This document shows positions 62,001 through 64,000 of a DNA stretch of 64,000 nucleotides, one piece after another; position 1 is the stretch's first letter; every line of letters starts with the position of its first letter. The stretch lies in assembly GCF_039654945.1 (NCBI RefSeq), contig NW_027361883.1, positions 372,001 through 436,000 of the forward strand. Direction: 5' to 3'. The stretch is from Dendrobates tinctorius. Lineage: Eukaryota. Both the position numbers and the translations under genes were made by a program. Below the pieces are notes generated by a model. The model worked only from the letters and a program-made list of their open reading frames with translations, did not search any database and had not been told where the DNA came from.

Positions 62001-64000
62001 TATACACTGCACAGTACCACTCCTCCTGTCCTGTATATATACACTGCACAGTACCACTCCTCCTGTATATATACACTGCACAGTACCACTCCTCCTGTAT
62101 ATATACACTGCACAGTACCACTCCTCCTGTATATATACACTGCACAGTACCACTCCTCCTGTATATATACACTGCACAGTACCACTCCTCCTGTATATAT
62201 ACACTGCACAGTACCACTCCTCCTGTATATATATATACTGCACAGTACCACTCCTCCTGTATATATACACTGCACAGTACCACTCCTCCTGTATATATAC
62301 ACTGCACAGTACCACTCCTCCTGTCCTGTATATATACACTGCACAGTACCACTCCTCCTGTATATATACACTGTACAGTACCACTCCTCCTGTGTATATA
62401 CACTGTACAGTACCACTCCTCCTGTATATATACACTGCACAGTACCACTCCTCCTGTATATATACGCTGCACAGTACCACTCCTCCTGTATATATATACT
62501 GCACAGTACCACTCCTCCTGTATATATACACTGCACAGTACCACTCATCCTGTCCTGTATATATACACTGCACAGTACCACTCCTCCTGTATATATACAC
62601 TGCACAGTACCACTCCTCCTGTATATATACACTGCACAGTACCACTCCTCCTGTATATATACACTGCACAGTACCACTCCTCCTGTATATATACTGCACA
62701 GTACCACTCCTCCTGTATATATACACTGCACAGTACCACTCCTCCTGTATATATACACTGCACAGTACCACTCCTCCTGTATATATACACTGCACAGTAC
62801 CACTCCTCCTGTATATATACACTGCACAGTACCACTCCTCCTGTATATATACACTGCACAGTACCACTCCTCCTGTATATATATACACTGCACAGTACCA
62901 CTCCTCCTGTATATATACACTGCACAGTACCACTCCTCCTGTATATACACTGCACAGTACCACTCCTCCTGTATATATACACTGCACAGTACCACTCCTC
63001 CTGTATATATACACTGCACAGTACCACTCCTCCTGTATATATACACTGCACAGTACCACTCCTCCTGTATATATACACTGCACAGTACCTCTCCTCCTGT
63101 ATATATACACTGCACAGTACCACTCCTCCTGTATATATACACTGCACAGAACCACTCCTCCTGTATATATACACTGCACAGTACCACTCCTCCTGTATAT
63201 ATACACTGCACAGTACCACTCCTCCTGTATACATACACTGCACAGTACCACTCCTCCTGTATATATACACTGCACAGTACCACTCCTCCTGTATATATAC
63301 ACTGCACAGTACCACTCCTCCTGTATATACACTGCACAGTACCACTCCTCCTCTATATATACACTGCACAGTACCACTCCTCCTGTATATATACACTGCA
63401 CAGTACCACTCCTCCTGTATATATACTGCACAGTACCACTCCTCCTGTATATATACACTGCACAGTACCACTCCTCCTGTATATATATACACTGCACAGT
63501 ACCACTCCTCCTGTATATATACACTGCACAGTACCACTCCTCCTCTATATATACACTGCACAGTACCACTCCTCCTGTATATATACACTGCACAGTACCG
63601 CTCCTCCTGTATATATACACTGCACAGTACCGCTCCTCCTGTATATACACTGCACAGTACCACTCCTCCTGTCCTGTATATATACACTGCACGGTACCAC
63701 TCCTCCTGTATATATACACTGCACAGTACCACTCCTCCTGTATATATATACACTGCACAGTACCTCTCCTCCTGTATATATACACTGCACAGTACCACTC
63801 CTCCTGTATATATACACTGCACAGTACCGCTCCTCCTGTATATACACTGTACAGTACCACTCCTCCTGTATATATACACTGCACAGTACCACTCCTCCTG
63901 TATATATACACTGCACAGTACCACTCCTCCTCTATACATACACTGCACAGTACCGCTCCTCCTGTATATATACACTGCACAGTACCCCTCCTCCTGTATA
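59015..64000. repeat. 32-bp minisatellite with variable (TA)n, running off the window
   Basis: Unit CACTGCACAGTACCACTCCTCCTGTATATATA, ~145 copies in view. Confidence 0.98.
60611..60858 (+). mobile_element. Tc1-like element 5' fragment within the minisatellite
   Basis: TA followed by TIR CACTCACTGGCCACTTTATTAGGTACACC and transposase N-terminus MGKKGDLSAFERGMIVGARRAGLRISETADLLG (from 60759). Confidence 0.92.

Noticed and set aside
58894-63980. Long Cys/Tyr-rich ORFs on both strands
   Set aside because: Products of the 32-bp minisatellite; variable (TA)n shifts frames freely.

Overview
Gene-free, repeat-dense vertebrate DNA; the repeat repertoire suggests a frog or toad (inference). I cannot support any host protein-coding gene. 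Contents in order: the 3' half of a hAT transposon whose non-coding arm carries a degenerate ~480-bp antisense 18S rRNA fragment; a ~9.7-kb 44/42-bp pyrimidine-rich satellite interrupted by an L2 LINE; a degenerate hammerhead motif; a 36-bp minisatellite; a truncated BEL/Pao element with a 7.3-kb 67-bp satellite expanded between its LTR and gag; a decayed Gypsy hosting a full-length chromovirus and a solo LTR; Tc1 remnants; a nested LTR cluster (44.6-57.7 kb); and a 32-bp minisatellite interrupted by a Tc1 5' end. The very long ORFs in the track are tandem-repeat artefacts. Best candidates for undescribed biology: (1) a non-autonomous LTR element whose only recognisable cargo is a cold-shock (Y-box-like) domain; (2) a 155-bp insertion with a 14-bp target-site duplication that contains a minimal hammerhead ribozyme; (3) 18S rRNA sequence captured inside a hAT element; (4) a satellite derived from the LTR-adjacent leader of a BEL element. 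All alignments were done by eye; no searches were run.
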